DNA of 64,000 nucleotides, from NCBI GenBank assembly GCA_965217045.1, contig OZ244229.1, forward strand, positions 265,768 to 329,767, given 5' to 3'. The notes beneath the pieces were generated by a model. It did not search any database. It was given only the letters and a program-made list of their open reading frames with translations, and was not told the origin of the DNA. This document shows positions 37,610 through 50,148 of this stretch, in pieces (the stretch's first letter is position 1; each line of letters starts with the position of its first letter). The position numbers and the translations under genes are program-made. The DNA comes from Vicinamibacterales bacterium. Lineage in GTDB: Bacteria > Acidobacteriota > Vicinamibacteria > Vicinamibacterales > UBA8438.

Positions 37610-37978
37610 CTAGGCGGGCGTCCCGGCGGACGCTTCAGGCGCGGCCTCGGCCTCCGGCTCGCCTTCGAGCCGGCCAACGACATCGTCGAACGCCATCATG
37701 TTGATGGCGTCGTAGTCGGGCGGGCAACCGAAGTCGCGCGGCTGGGGCGCCGTCGGGTTGCCGAGCGTGACGCACAGGCCGCAGCCGATGCACTTGTCGA
37801 CGCGCACCGCGCACACCCAGCGGCCGTTGGCGTCCTGCTCCTCGACGATGCAATCCTCCACAGGACAGGCAGCCTGACAGATCGAGCAGGCGAACGCCCC
37901 GAAGCAGCTGTCCGCGTCGATGACGGCGATACTCTTCGGCGCCCGCTTGCGGGGCCGGTTCATGAGCTTGGTCCACAT
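37610..37978 (-). CDS. 4Fe-4S dicluster ferredoxin
   Basis: MWTKLMNRP... with CSICQAACP and CIGCGLC cysteine clusters. This is the 3' part of the long spurious ORF 37610-38665. Confidence 0.65.
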   Translation of the reverse strand: MWTKLMNRPRKRAPKSIAVIDADSCFGAFACSICQAACPVEDCIVEEQDANGRWVCAVRVDKCIGCGLCVTLGNPTAPQPRDFGCPPDYDAINMMAFDDVVGRLEGEPEAEAAPEASAGTPA

Positions 37979-38025
37979 ACGCGCCTTATTATACCCGATG
38001 CCCTGCCGCGTCCGGCCGGGCGAGG

Positions 38026-38535
38026 TCAGGCGCCGCGGTGCGGCCGCATCGTGACCAGCGGCACGCCGGGCTGTACCAGATCGTCCTGGCGGCAGTGCAC
38101 CGCGTCCACGATGCCGTCGCGGGGCGCCCGAATCGTCAGCTCCATCTTCATCGCCTCGAGGACGACCAGGACGTCGCCGGTGTGCACGCTCTGCCCGGGC
38201 TCCGCACGCGTGGCCACGACGGTGGCCGGCATCGGCGCGGTGAGCGCGGCATCCTGATCCGGCTGCTCGGTGCGGGCCGGTCCGGCGACGTCGAGATCCA
38301 GCTCGAGCGTGAAGGTGCAGCCGTCGGCGAACACCCGGCAGCGGTCGCCGGCGTCCACGATCCACACCGGGATGCGGCGACCGTCGACGGCGGCCTGGAA
38401 CCTGTTCCGGTCGAGACGGATCACAGCCACGGATGCGGTGGCTCCCTCGACGCTCAGGGGGCCGTCTGGCGGGACGTCGACCCGGTAACTGGCGGCCCCG
38501 GTGCGGATGCGCAGCCGTCGGCTCTCGGACTTCAT
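38026..38535 (-). CDS. biotin carboxyl carrier (BT plus BCCP domains) of an acyl-CoA carboxylase alpha subunit, as a separate ORF
   Basis: Biotinylation motif LEAMKM. Its start overlaps the upstream stop by ATGA. Confidence 0.75.
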   Translation of the reverse strand: MKSESRRLRIRTGAASYRVDVPPDGPLSVEGATASVAVIRLDRNRFQAAVDGRRIPVWIVDAGDRCRVFADGCTFTLELDLDVAGPARTEQPDQDAALTAPMPATVVATRAEPGQSVHTGDVLVVLEAMKMELTIRAPRDGIVDAVHCRQDDLVQPGVPLVTMRPHRGA

Positions 38536-40046
38536 GAGTGGCCCAGCCGCCAGCCGGGCAGGTCAGTCCAGGGATCGGTCGCGCGGGCCGGCGGGGACGC
38601 GGCGGCTTCCGGTTGAGCATCGCCGCCGCGCAGGCGGCTCGCGGCCGCGGTTGCCAGTGCGGCAATCAGGGGCGCGCCGCCGGGCGGCTGCAGCAACGCA
38701 TCGCGCTCCGCGTCGAGGAAGCCGGTGTCGAGGTCGCCGCGGGCGAAGCGGGGGTGGCGAAGCACTTGCAAGAGCAGGTGCAGGTTCGTCTCGACGCCGA
38801 GGATGGCATAGCGCCGCAGCGCCTCGACCATGCGCGCCAGCGCCCAGTCGCGACGTTCGCCGCAGGCAACCACCTTGGCCAGCAGGGGATCGTACTGGAC
38901 CGGCACCAGGCTTCCTTCCTCGACGCCGCTGTCGATGCGGATGCCGGGGCCCGCCGGCTCCCGGTACAGCTCGATGCGGCCGGCCTGCGGCAGGAAGCCG
39001 CCCGCCGGATCCTCGGCATACACGCGGCACTCGATGCCATGGCCGCGCTGCCGAAGTGCGGTCTGGGCCCACGGCAGCCGGCCCCCGGCGGCGATCTCCA
39101 GCTGTGCGCGCACCAGATCGACCCCGGTGGTCAGCTCGGTGACGGGATGCTCGACCTGCAGGCGCGTGTTCATCTCGAGGAAGTAGAAGCGGCTCCCGGC
39201 TCCGGAGCTCTCGACGAGGAACTCCACGGTCCCGACATTGTCGTAGCGCGCCGTCCGCGCCACTGCGGTCGCGGCGGCGGTCAGCTCCCGGCGCAGCGCA
39301 ACGGGCAGCGCGGGCGCCGGGCTCTCCTCGATCACCTTCTGATAGCGGCGCTGGATGGAGCAATCACGCTCGAACAGGTGCACGACGCGGCCGCGTCGGT
39401 CGCCGGCCACCTGCACCTCGATGTGGCGCGGGCTCTGCAGATGGCGTTCGACGTAGAGCGTCCCGTCGCCGAAGGCCGCAACGGCTTCGCGGCGGGTCCG
39501 GGCGATGGCGGCCTCCGTCTCGGCGGCCTCGCGGATGACCCGCATGCCCTTGCCGCCGCCGCCGGCCGACGGCTTCAGCAGTGCCGGGAAGCCGACCGTC
39601 GCGACGGCGGCCCGCACGCCTTCCAGGGTCTGGTCCGCGGGCTCGCTGCCGGGCACGACCGGAATGCCGGCCGCCGCGGCCAGCCGGCGGGCATCGACCT
39701 TGGAGCCCGCGCCGGCGATGACGTCGGGCGACGGCCCGACGAACCGCAGCCCGGCCTGCTCGCAGGCCTCCGCGAACGCCGGACTCTCGGCCAGGAAGCC
39801 ATAGCCGGGGTGGACGGCGTCGGCGCCCGCACGGCGCGCCGCGTCGATGATCCGTGCGCCGGCGAGATAGCTCTCGGCCGGGGCCGCCGGGCCGATCCGC
39901 TCCGCGCGGTCGGCGGCCGCGACGTGCGGAGCCGTCTCGTCCACGTCCGAGTAGACGGCGACGGTCTCGACGCCGAGCGCCCGGCACGTGTGCATGATGC
40001 GCAGTGCGATCTCGCCGCGGTTGGCGATCAGCAGGCGGCGGAACAT
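38532..40046 (-). CDS. biotin carboxylase domain protein (methylcrotonyl-/acetyl-CoA carboxylase alpha)
   Basis: Starts [25 protein letters not shown] within ORF 38532-40568. ATP-grasp motifs are present. Confidence 0.9.
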   Translation of the reverse strand: MFRRLLIANRGEIALRIMHTCRALGVETVAVYSDVDETAPHVAAADRAERIGPAAPAESYLAGARIIDAARRAGADAVHPGYGFLAESPAFAEACEQAGLRFVGPSPDVIAGAGSKVDARRLAAAAGIPVVPGSEPADQTLEGVRAAVATVGFPALLKPSAGGGGKGMRVIREAAETEAAIARTRREAVAAFGDGTLYVERHLQSPRHIEVQVAGDRRGRVVHLFERDCSIQRRYQKVIEESPAPALPVALRRELTAAATAVARTARYDNVGTVEFLVESSGAGSRFYFLEMNTRLQVEHPVTELTTGVDLVRAQLEIAAGGRLPWAQTALRQRGHGIECRVYAEDPAGGFLPQAGRIELYREPAGPGIRIDSGVEEGSLVPVQYDPLLAKVVACGERRDWALARMVEALRRYAILGVETNLHLLLQVLRHPRFARGDLDTGFLDAERDALLQPPGGAPLIAALATAAASRLRGGDAQPEAAASPPARATDPWTDLPGWRLGHS

Positions 40047-41653
40047 CACATCCTGAACACGCCGAACGAGGCGTCGGGGATGGGGGCGTTGTAGGTGGCC
40101 GCCAGTCCCAGCGCCAGGGCCGCGCGGGTGCGGACCGGGTCGAGGATGCCGTCGTCCCAGAGTCGTGCGGTGGAGTAGTACGGCGACCCCTCCCGCTCGT
40201 ACTTGTCCAGGATCGGTGCGCGGATCGCCTCGACCTCGGCGCTCGACAGCTCGCGTCCCGCCCGCCGGGCCTGATCGCGCTTGACCGTCACCAGGACGCC
40301 GGCCGCCTGCTCGCCGCCCATCACGGAGATCCGGGCGTTCGGCCACGTCCACAGCAGCCGGGGATCGTAGGCGCGGCCGCACATCCCGTAGTTGCCGGCG
40401 CCGAACGAGCCGCCGATGATGACGGTCAACTTCGGCACCGGCGTGTTGGCGACGGCGTGCACCATCTTCGCCCCGTCCTTCGCGATGCCCTTCTGTTCGT
40501 ACTCCCGGCCGACCATGAAGCCGGTGAGGTTCTGCAGGAAGATCAGCGGCACCTTGCGCAGGCTGCACAACTGGATGAAATGGGTGGCCTTGAGCGCCGA
40601 CTCGGAGAACAGGACGCCGTTGTTCGCCAGGACGCCCGCGAGCATCCCGTGGACGCGCGCGAAGCCGGCCACGAGGGTGGTGCCGTAGCGCGCCTTGAAC
40701 TCGTCGAGCCGCGACCCGTCGACCAGCCGCGCGATGACCTCGCGCGCGTCGTACGACTTACGGAGATCGGTCGGCACGATGCCCAGCAGCTCCTGCGGGT
40801 CGTAGAGCGGGTCTTCCGGGGGCGCGAGATCGGGGATCTGCCGCGGCGCTAGGTGGATGGTCGACAGCACCGACCGCGCCAGCCGGAGCGCGTGGTCGTC
40901 GTCGTCCGCCAGGTAGTCGGCGACACCCGACAGCCGCGTGTGCACGTCGGCGCCGCCCAGCTCCTCCGCGCTGACGTCTTCGCCGGTGGCCGCCTTGACC
41001 AGCGGCGGGCCGCCCAGAAAGATTGTGCCGGTGCCCTTGACGATGATCGTCTGGTCCGACATCGCCGGCACGTAGGCGCCGCCCGCCGTGCAGGAGCCCA
41101 TGACGACGGCCACTTGGGCGATGCCGAGCGCGGACATCCGGGCCTGGTTGAAGAAGATGCGCCCGAAATGCTCGCGGTCGGGAAAGACGTCGGCCTGCAG
41201 CGGCAGGAACGCCCCGCCGGAGTCGACCAGGTAGACGCAAGGCAGGTGGTTGTCGAGCGCTATCTGCTGGGCGCGGAGGTGCTTCTTGACGGTCACCGGG
41301 AAGTAGGTGCCCCCCTTGACCGTCGCGTCGTTCGCGACGAGCATCACCTCGCGCCCCGTGACCCGTCCGACCCCGGTGACCAGCCCCGCCGCGGGCACCG
41401 TCTGGTCGTACATCCCGAACGCCGCCAGCGGCGACAGCTCGAGGAACGGCGACCCCTGATCGAGCAGTCGGTCGATCCGCTCGCGCACCGGCAGCTTGCG
41501 CTGCTCGCGGTGGCGCGCCTGCGCGCCGGCGCCGCCGCCCTCGCGCGCGGCGCCCAGCCGCGCGTCGAGCTGCTCGACCAGTTGCCGCATGGCCTCGCGG
41601 TTCGCACGGAATTCGGGCGTATCGGTGCGAACCCGGGACTCGATCACGGCCAT
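40046..41653 (-). CDS. acyl-CoA carboxylase carboxyltransferase (methylcrotonyl-CoA carboxylase beta-like)
   Basis: ORF track. [24 protein letters not shown] and the usual two-domain CT architecture. Confidence 0.9.
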   Translation of the reverse strand: MAVIESRVRTDTPEFRANREAMRQLVEQLDARLGAAREGGGAGAQARHREQRKLPVRERIDRLLDQGSPFLELSPLAAFGMYDQTVPAAGLVTGVGRVTGREVMLVANDATVKGGTYFPVTVKKHLRAQQIALDNHLPCVYLVDSGGAFLPLQADVFPDREHFGRIFFNQARMSALGIAQVAVVMGSCTAGGAYVPAMSDQTIIVKGTGTIFLGGPPLVKAATGEDVSAEELGGADVHTRLSGVADYLADDDDHALRLARSVLSTIHLAPRQIPDLAPPEDPLYDPQELLGIVPTDLRKSYDAREVIARLVDGSRLDEFKARYGTTLVAGFARVHGMLAGVLANNGVLFSESALKATHFIQLCSLRKVPLIFLQNLTGFMVGREYEQKGIAKDGAKMVHAVANTPVPKLTVIIGGSFGAGNYGMCGRAYDPRLLWTWPNARISVMGGEQAAGVLVTVKRDQARRAGRELSSAEVEAIRAPILDKYEREGSPYYSTARLWDDGILDPVRTRAALALGLAATYNAPIPDASFGVFRM

Positions 41654-41683
41654 TGGCTGGGCAGGGCGCCGCCGTTCCGGTGA

Positions 41684-41845
41684 CTACCAGCCGCAGCAGT
41701 CGGTCTTGTATCCGCAGGCCGGGCAGCGCCAGACGGCATGCATCCGGAACATGCCGGCGCCGCACCGCTCGCAACTGACCGTCTCGTCGGGCTTTGCGGC
41801 AGTGGGGGAGGGCACTTGCGGAGAACGCGTCGTCGGCTGCGGCAT
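41684..41845 (-). CDS. 53-aa zinc-ribbon protein (below the ORF-track cutoff)
   Basis: Manual translation gives MPQPTTRSPQVPSPTAAKPDETVSCERCGAGMFRMHAVWRCPACGYKTDCCGW, with CxxC...CxxC. Confidence 0.45.
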   Translation of the reverse strand: MPQPTTRSPQVPSPTAAKPDETVSCERCGAGMFRMHAVWRCPACGYKTDCCGW

Positions 41846-41964
41846 CCGGCGATTATAGACCGCGCCGGACGGCGCCGCAGACGACCTGCCCGCGGGCGTC
41901 GCGCGCGGCAGCGGGCTTGCGGGAGGCTGCTACCATCGGGCCGGAGGCGCGGGCCTCCGCATCC

Positions 41965-42615
41965 ATGGTGACGGAAGCGGATCGCGGGCGGGCGGCCGAG
42001 CGGAGCCACATGGTGGAGACGCAGATTCGGGCGCGCGGCGTACGGCATGCGGGTGTCGTGCGCGCCATGGCCGCCGTTCCGCGTCACGAGTTCGTGCCGG
42101 CCGCCTCGGCGCCGGCCGCGTACAAGGACCGGCCGCTGCCGATTGGGCACGGCCAGACCATCTCGCAGCCCTACATGGTCGCGGCCATGACCGCGGCGCT
42201 GGAGCCGGCTGCAGGCGGCCGGGTGCTCGAGGTCGGGACCGGATCCGGCTACCAGGCCGCCGTGCTGGCGCGTCTCGTGGCGGATGTCCGCACATTCGAA
42301 TGGGTGCCCGAGCTGGCGCTGCGGGCCCGGGCGACGCTGGCTAGGCTGGGGATTGCCAACGTGCGGGTGATGGCCGGCGACGGGAGCCGTGGGGTGCCGG
42401 GCGAGCGCTTCGACGGAGTCATCGTCACCGCCGGGGCGCCGGCCGCGCCGCCGCTCCTCCTCGACCAGTTGGCGGTGGGCGGCTGCCTGGTGATGCCGCG
42501 CGGCACGCGGCACCACCAAGTGCTGACGGTGATCCGCCGCCGCGCGACGGGGTTCGACGAGGACGAGCGCGACGGGTGCGTGTTCGTGCCGCTGCTCGGA
42601 GAATCGGGATGGTAG
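41965..42615 (+). CDS. pcm: protein-L-isoaspartate O-methyltransferase
   Basis: GHGQTISQPYMVA and the SAM motif VLEVGTGSGYQAA. Confidence 0.85.
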   Translation: MVTEADRGRAAERSHMVETQIRARGVRHAGVVRAMAAVPRHEFVPAASAPAAYKDRPLPIGHGQTISQPYMVAAMTAALEPAAGGRVLEVGTGSGYQAAVLARLVADVRTFEWVPELALRARATLARLGIANVRVMAGDGSRGVPGERFDGVIVTAGAPAAPPLLLDQLAVGGCLVMPRGTRHHQVLTVIRRRATGFDEDERDGCVFVPLLGESGW

Positions 42616-42693
42616 TGCCGATCCCCGTGGCCGGCCACCTGGTCGGCGGCCCGTGTATGATGCTGGGAAGGACGCCGCCGTTCCAAGGAATCC

Positions 42694-43527
42694 ATGCGTA
42701 TCGCCTATCAGGGGGTGCCGGGTGCGTACAGCGAAGCTGCCGCGCTCCGCTTCAATCCGACGGCCGACGTGCTGCCCCGGCCGTCGTTCGAGGAGGTCTT
42801 CGCCGGTGTCGCGGAGCAGCAGGCGACGCACGGCATCCTGCCGATCGAGAACACCATCGGCGGCACCATTCACCGCAACTACGACCTGTTGCTGGAGCAC
42901 GATCTCCCGATTGTCGGTGAGATCAAGCTGTCGATCGTCCATCACCTGCTCGTGCTCGAGGGGACCACGCTCGAGCGCGTGCGGCGCGTCTATTCGCATC
43001 CGCAGGGCCTGGCGCAGTGCGAGCGCTTCCTGCGCACGTTGAAGCACGTGGAGATCGTCGCGACCTATGACACGGCGGGCAGCGCGAAGATGATCAGGGA
43101 GGAGAACCTGCACGAGAGCGCGGCCATCGCGTCCGAGCGCGCGGGCCGCGTCTTCGATCTGCAGGTGCTGCGGTCCGGGATCCAGGACTACGCCGACAAC
43201 TTCACCCGCTTTATCCTGATCGGCCGCGAGGCGTTGCCCCTCGGGGCGCCCGACAAGACGACCATCGTGTTCACGGTCGCGAACGAGGCGGGCGCCCTGT
43301 TCAAGGCGTTGAGCGTATTCGCCCTGCGGGGGATCGACTTGACGAAGCTCGAGTCGCGGCCGCTTCCGAACCGGCCGTTCGAGTACCTCTTCTATGCCGA
43401 CTTGGCCACGAACCGCGAGGACTTCCGGTGCGCCCGGGCGCTGATGAACCTCGCGGAGTTCGCCCCCTCCGTGCGCACGCTGGGGTCGTACCCCGCCTGG
43501 AGCGAGTCCGACCGGGGCGACCCGTAG
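42694..43527 (+). CDS. pheA: prephenate dehydratase
   Basis: [14 protein letters not shown]..., TRF and ESRP motifs, and a C-terminal ACT domain. Confidence 0.85.
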   Translation: MRIAYQGVPGAYSEAAALRFNPTADVLPRPSFEEVFAGVAEQQATHGILPIENTIGGTIHRNYDLLLEHDLPIVGEIKLSIVHHLLVLEGTTLERVRRVYSHPQGLAQCERFLRTLKHVEIVATYDTAGSAKMIREENLHESAAIASERAGRVFDLQVLRSGIQDYADNFTRFILIGREALPLGAPDKTTIVFTVANEAGALFKALSVFALRGIDLTKLESRPLPNRPFEYLFYADLATNREDFRCARALMNLAEFAPSVRTLGSYPAWSESDRGDP

Positions 43528-43544
43528 CGGCCCGCTGTCGAGTC

Positions 43545-45724
<2,180 letters not shown>

Positions 45725-45728
<4 letters not shown>

Positions 45729-46075
45729 TGTTCACCGTCGAAGTGCTGCTCAAGGGACGTGAGGACGTGGTGGAGCAGTCGGTGCAGCATGCCGTTGCCC
45801 CGGACGCATGGACCGACGACGACGTGCGCGAGGTGCTGCATTTGACCCTGCGGGAGTTCGAGCGCGTTCAGAACCCGGGCGAGGAGGTGCGTCCCGTCCA
45901 GCTCCGGGGACTGAGCTGGATAGTGACACCGCTCGAGCGCGGCGTGGCGATTGCGATGGAGAGCGCCAGCGCGGCGATCATCGCCGGGCCGTTCGAGATC
46001 GACAAGGAGTGGTTGACCCAGGCCATCAAGCGGGTCATGGCGGGATCGCCGACGACCGGCGAGCGCGTTCACTAG
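45725..46075 (+). CDS. hypothetical protein (116 aa)
   Basis: ATGA overlap with the upstream stop. Non-biased composition ([19 protein letters not shown]...). Confidence 0.5.
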
Positions 46076-46116
46076 GACGAGGAAGTCTGCGCCCTAGACG
46101 GCGCCGACTCCGCCGA

Positions 46117-46389
46117 CTATCCGACAGCCGGCAACGTGAACCACACCCAGAGCAGGAGCCCCACGCCGAACGTGAGCGTGAGGACGCGGCTGGGGGCGTC
46201 GTCGAACTTCGAGTAGACCCACAGCAGCGCCAGGGTGACGGCGACGGTGGCGTACGAGTAGCGGTGTACCTCGCCATCGCCCAGGTAGCGCGAGTACAGC
46301 ACGTTCGGCAACAGGCCGATGGACAGGAACAGGGTGCTGCCCAGCACCCAGAAGCTGATCCTGTCGAGCAGGCTGGTCTTTTCGGTCAT
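46117..46389 (-). CDS. small membrane protein (3 TM)
   Basis: MTEKTSLLDRISFWVLGSTLFLSIGLL... within ORF 46117-46521. Confidence 0.5.
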   Translation of the reverse strand: MTEKTSLLDRISFWVLGSTLFLSIGLLPNVLYSRYLGDGEVHRYSYATVAVTLALLWVYSKFDDAPSRVLTLTFGVGLLLWVWFTLPAVG

Positions 46390-46555
46390 GTCGAGCTTCT
46401 CCCCGAAGCAGCGGGTAGTATGGACTTCCGACCGCGGCTCTGTCAATCGAGCCGCTGCAGCCGGTTCGCCCGCCAGCCGCCCCCCTCGGCGCGTAGCGAC
46501 CCGCGGGGCGGGGCAGTCCACGTGCCGCCCCGCCCCGCCATCGATATCGTCCGCG

Positions 46556-47599
46556 TCAGGGGCCGGGCAGCACGCCCCCGGTGGTCAGGGCAATCCGGTA
46601 CAGGCCGGTCTGCGCCGTCATGTAGAGGGTGCGGCCGTCATCACCCCACCCGACGTTGGCCGGCACCTCGTCGGGCATGATCGTGCCCAGGTGCTCGCCG
46701 TTCGGCGTGAACACCCAGACGCCGCCGGGCCCCGTCGCGAAGATGTTGCCCGCCGTGTCCACCTTCATCCCGTCGGGGGCCCCGCGGGCCGTCTGATCGC
46801 TCACGTCGTAGAAGACGCGCGCGTTCGACGCGCCGGTCTCGTCGAGGTCGTACGCCATCCATACCTTCTGTTCCTGGTCGGAGTTGGCGACGTAGAGCGT
46901 CGACTCGTCGGGCGACAGCGCGATGCCGTTCGGCCGCGACTGGCCGCGTACCAGCGCTTCCAGCTCGCCGTCCGGACGCAGCTGGAAGATGCCGTTGAAG
47001 TCGAGCTCGCGCAGCGGGGACTCCTCCTGACCTTCGAGGCCGTACGGCGGATCGGTGAAGTACAGCGAGCCGTCCGAGCCGTACGTGGCGTCGTTCGGGC
47101 TGTTGAGCCGGTTGCCCTCGTAGCGATCGACCAAGACTGTGCGGGAGCCGTCGGCCTCGACGCGGCTGATGCGCCGGTTGCCGTGCTCGCAGATGACGAG
47201 CCGTCCCTCGGCATCGAGCGTCAACCCGTTCGAGGAAGCCAGCGCCAGCCCCTCGGGATCGCCGTCGAAGACCGGCTCGATGAACGGGCTGGCGCCCGCT
47301 GCGTCCGACCACTGGTAGATGGCATTGCCCCGGACGTCCGAGAAGAGCAGGCGCGACTCGTCGCGGATCCATACCGGGCCTTCGATGAAAACGAAGCCGT
47401 CGGCCAGCTTCTCGATCCGCGCGTCGACCGGCACGAGGGCGTCGAGTCGCGGATCGACTCGGAGAATGGAGCCGGCGCCGGTATCAGTCGGCTCCGCGGC
47501 GGACTCGGTCTCCGTTGCTTCCGGATGCGCCTCGGCGCCGCCGCACGCCATTGCCAGCGTCGCGACGATGGCGGCGATCCAGGGTTTCTCGGTCAGCAT
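46556..47599 (-). CDS. SMP-30/gluconolactonase/LRE-family lipoprotein
   Basis: MLTEKPWIAAIVATLAMACGG lipobox. NSPNDATYGSDGSLYFTDP and PDGMKVDTAGNIF motifs. Confidence 0.8.
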   Translation of the reverse strand: MLTEKPWIAAIVATLAMACGGAEAHPEATETESAAEPTDTGAGSILRVDPRLDALVPVDARIEKLADGFVFIEGPVWIRDESRLLFSDVRGNAIYQWSDAAGASPFIEPVFDGDPEGLALASSNGLTLDAEGRLVICEHGNRRISRVEADGSRTVLVDRYEGNRLNSPNDATYGSDGSLYFTDPPYGLEGQEESPLRELDFNGIFQLRPDGELEALVRGQSRPNGIALSPDESTLYVANSDQEQKVWMAYDLDETGASNARVFYDVSDQTARGAPDGMKVDTAGNIFATGPGGVWVFTPNGEHLGTIMPDEVPANVGWGDDGRTLYMTAQTGLYRIALTTGGVLPGP

Positions 47600-47640
47600 G
47601 TCGTCCTCGTTCGTGGTGTCGATGCCTGCGGCCGTCGCGC

Positions 47641-48648
47641 TCAGAAGACCGCGATCGGGTTGACGGGCGAGCCGGTCCCGTACTGGATCGGGAGCGGGGC
47701 GATGGTCAGCATGAACTCCCAGCGGTTCCGCTCGGCGGCGGCAGCGGCCAGGTCGTCGAAGTCGGCGCGATCCAGCAGGTGCACACCGAGCATCGTCAGC
47801 GCGAAGTCGTGGAGCGCCAGCCGCGGCAGATCGCCGGGCGGCTGCGGCATGTAGGCCGGCGTCTCCCAGCCGATGATTGCCACGTCGCGTTCGCGCAGCC
47901 AGGGAATCACCGTGTTGTCGAGGCCGGCCGACTCGGCGCCCGTATCGAACGGCCCGCTGGCGTCCTGGCGCGCCCAGCGGCCCCACCGCAGCAGGAATGC
48001 GTCGCCGGTGCCGACCCTGGCGCCGGACTGCGCTTCCCAGGCTTCCAGATCGTCGACGCCGATGCGGTCGCCCGCATCCAGGTAGGGCACGCCCCTGAGA
48101 CGCGGGATGTCGTACAGCACGCCGCGGGTGACCACCCCGTGCCGCATGGTCAGGATCGCGTTCTTCGTGGCCCCGCGCTCCATCGTGACGAACTCGTCGA
48201 TCGGATAGCCGTTCCACATCTTCCCGTCGAAGAAGCGGTGGGCGAAACCGTCGATGTGGGTCGTGCCCGGACCGTGGATACAAGGGTAGTTGATCGTGTC
48301 GCTGGCGCCCCCCGGCGAGGCGCTCGACATCTGCCACTCCAGCGGACACGGGTTGTCGATGGACCGCTCCGTGTTCGCGATCGACGCCAGCGAGACCGTG
48401 AAGCCCTCGGTCACCAAGTCCGCCGCCTCCCGCCGCTTCGCGGGCGTGATGAGGTTGAGAGCGCCCATCTCGTCGTCCGGCCCCCAGCGTCCCCAGTTCG
48501 ACAGCTCGTCGAGCCATTGCTCGTACTGCGCCTGGCTCACCACCGGACGTTCCTGTGCCTGCCCGGTTGCGGCCGGCCGGCCCGCGCCCGCGGCGCAGAG
48601 CGTGACGAGGCCGACTGCCGCCGCCGCGCGTGCGCTCCAAATCGTCAT
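47641..48648 (-). CDS. cyclase-family protein (kynurenine-formamidase-like)
   Basis: ORF track. Signal peptide and GTTHIDGFAH-type metal motif. Confidence 0.65.
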   Translation of the reverse strand: MTIWSARAAAAVGLVTLCAAGAGRPAATGQAQERPVVSQAQYEQWLDELSNWGRWGPDDEMGALNLITPAKRREAADLVTEGFTVSLASIANTERSIDNPCPLEWQMSSASPGGASDTINYPCIHGPGTTHIDGFAHRFFDGKMWNGYPIDEFVTMERGATKNAILTMRHGVVTRGVLYDIPRLRGVPYLDAGDRIGVDDLEAWEAQSGARVGTGDAFLLRWGRWARQDASGPFDTGAESAGLDNTVIPWLRERDVAIIGWETPAYMPQPPGDLPRLALHDFALTMLGVHLLDRADFDDLAAAAAERNRWEFMLTIAPLPIQYGTGSPVNPIAVF

Positions 48649-48730
48649 GCTCGCCTCCTGTATTCTCGCCGCTGGACGCCACCGCGGCTGACGTGGCCGG
48701 CACTGTTGCGGTCTTCCGCCTATCCTCGAA

Positions 48731-49825
48731 TCATACCGCCCGTCTGATTGCCGGTACGAGCCAACACTCGATCAGCTCGTCGAGCTGCCGCCGGTGATGC
48801 CGGCGTCCGGCGCCGGGGTTCGGCGACGAGGTCGCCACGATCACGCTGTCCAGATCGGGAATCACGAAGATGAACTGGCCGCCGTAGCCCCAAGCATAGT
48901 ACGTGCGGTGGCCGGCCAGTGTGCGCAGCCACCAGCCGTAGCCGTACTGCCGGCGGCTGTACCGCGACACGGTTCGGGGTATGAGCGACTCCCGCACCCA
49001 CTCGGGCGAGACCACCCGGCGCCCGGCGGCCGACCCGCCGCGCAGATACAGCTCGCCCACGGCAACCATGGCGCGCGGGGTCAGCGTCATCTCGTTGCCG
49101 CCGAAGTAGATTCCCTGCGGATCGCGCAGCCACGCCGGCAGCGTGATGCCGAGCGGTCGCGCCAGGTGCTTGCGCGCGAACTCGAGCGTGCTCGTGCCGG
49201 TTGCCCGCGTCAGGATGGCCGACAGCAGGTGCGTGCTCCCGGTGCTGTAGATCATCCGTCCGCCGGGACGGTCGACCATCGGCCGCGAAAGCACGTGCCG
49301 CACCCAGTCCCGGCTCTGCACCCAGCGCCCGTAGTTCCTGTTGGACGTCGTCTCGAGACCCGACCGCATCGTGAGCAGGTCGCCGATGGTGATCGAGCGC
49401 TTGGCTGCATCGGCTCCGGCGAGCTCATCCCGGAAGAAGTCGGCGATCGGCTGGTCGACGCCCGCCAGATGCCCGCGGTCGATGGCGATGCCGACCAGTA
49501 TCGAGATCAGCGTCTTCGACGCCGACTTCAGATTGGCCTGGCGGCGGGCCGTTGCACCGTGAAAGTAGTGCTCCTCGACGAGATGGCCGCCGATCGAGAC
49601 CAGCAGGCTGCGGAGGCGCGGGAGGTCTGCGGCCTGCTCCAGGAGGGCCGTGCGCGTTTCGGGGCCGAGCGCCGGCGCGCTTTGCGCGGCAAGGGTGGAG
49701 GAGCCTGCCGCCGCGAGTGCGAGCAGGAGGGCCAGCACGACCGGCACGCCGATCGAATGGCGGCGCAGGGCGCGGTATCCGGCCATCCTCTCAACCAGTG
49801 GGCGTTGCGCGCTGTTCGCGGTCAT
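48731..49825 (-). CDS. serine hydrolase, beta-lactamase/transpeptidase-like family
   Basis: SxxK motif SASKTL, and a signal/TM segment at the N-terminus. Confidence 0.75.
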   Translation of the reverse strand: MTANSAQRPLVERMAGYRALRRHSIGVPVVLALLLALAAAGSSTLAAQSAPALGPETRTALLEQAADLPRLRSLLVSIGGHLVEEHYFHGATARRQANLKSASKTLISILVGIAIDRGHLAGVDQPIADFFRDELAGADAAKRSITIGDLLTMRSGLETTSNRNYGRWVQSRDWVRHVLSRPMVDRPGGRMIYSTGSTHLLSAILTRATGTSTLEFARKHLARPLGITLPAWLRDPQGIYFGGNEMTLTPRAMVAVGELYLRGGSAAGRRVVSPEWVRESLIPRTVSRYSRRQYGYGWWLRTLAGHRTYYAWGYGGQFIFVIPDLDSVIVATSSPNPGAGRRHHRRQLDELIECWLVPAIRRAV

Positions 49826-49897
49826 CGGAAAGGATACGTGCGAGCTTCCCCGGTTGTCACGCTACACTTGGGCGCAGCGTGGCGGGCCGCGCGCCGT

Positions 49898-49983
49898 GCC
49901 GGGGTGGCGAAACTGGCAGACGCACGGGACTTAAAATCCCGTGGCCCTGACGGGCCGTGTGGGTTCGATCCCCACCCTCGGCA
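49898..49983 (+). tRNA. tRNA-Leu (anticodon UAA)
   Basis: Manual cloverleaf. Acceptor GCCGGGG/CCTCGGC, anticodon stem CGGGA/TCCCG with loop CTTAAAA, long variable arm GGCCC-TGAC-GGGCC, and T arm GTGGG-TTCGATC-CCCAC. CCA is not encoded. Confidence 0.9.
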
Positions 49984-50086
49984 CTATCCCGCAGTTTTAA
50001 TTAGTTTCAGGACTGGCCACTAGAGCCCATAAACACGGGCTCGTACTGCGATTACCAGTTTCAGTCGGTTCGGGCACATTTCACCG

Positions 50087-50136
50087 CTTCCCACATTTCA
50101 TGTGGTAAACTATGTGGGAAAGATGCTGTGGGAAAG
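50087..50136. promoter_or_regulatory. repeated TGTGGGAA(A)G motifs upstream of the integrase
   Basis: Direct copies at 50113-50122 and 50127-50136, and an inverted copy CTTCCCACA at 50087-50095. AGGAGG at 50136-50141 precedes the GTG at 50149. Confidence 0.4.
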
Positions 50137-50148
50137 GAGGGCTCGAAC

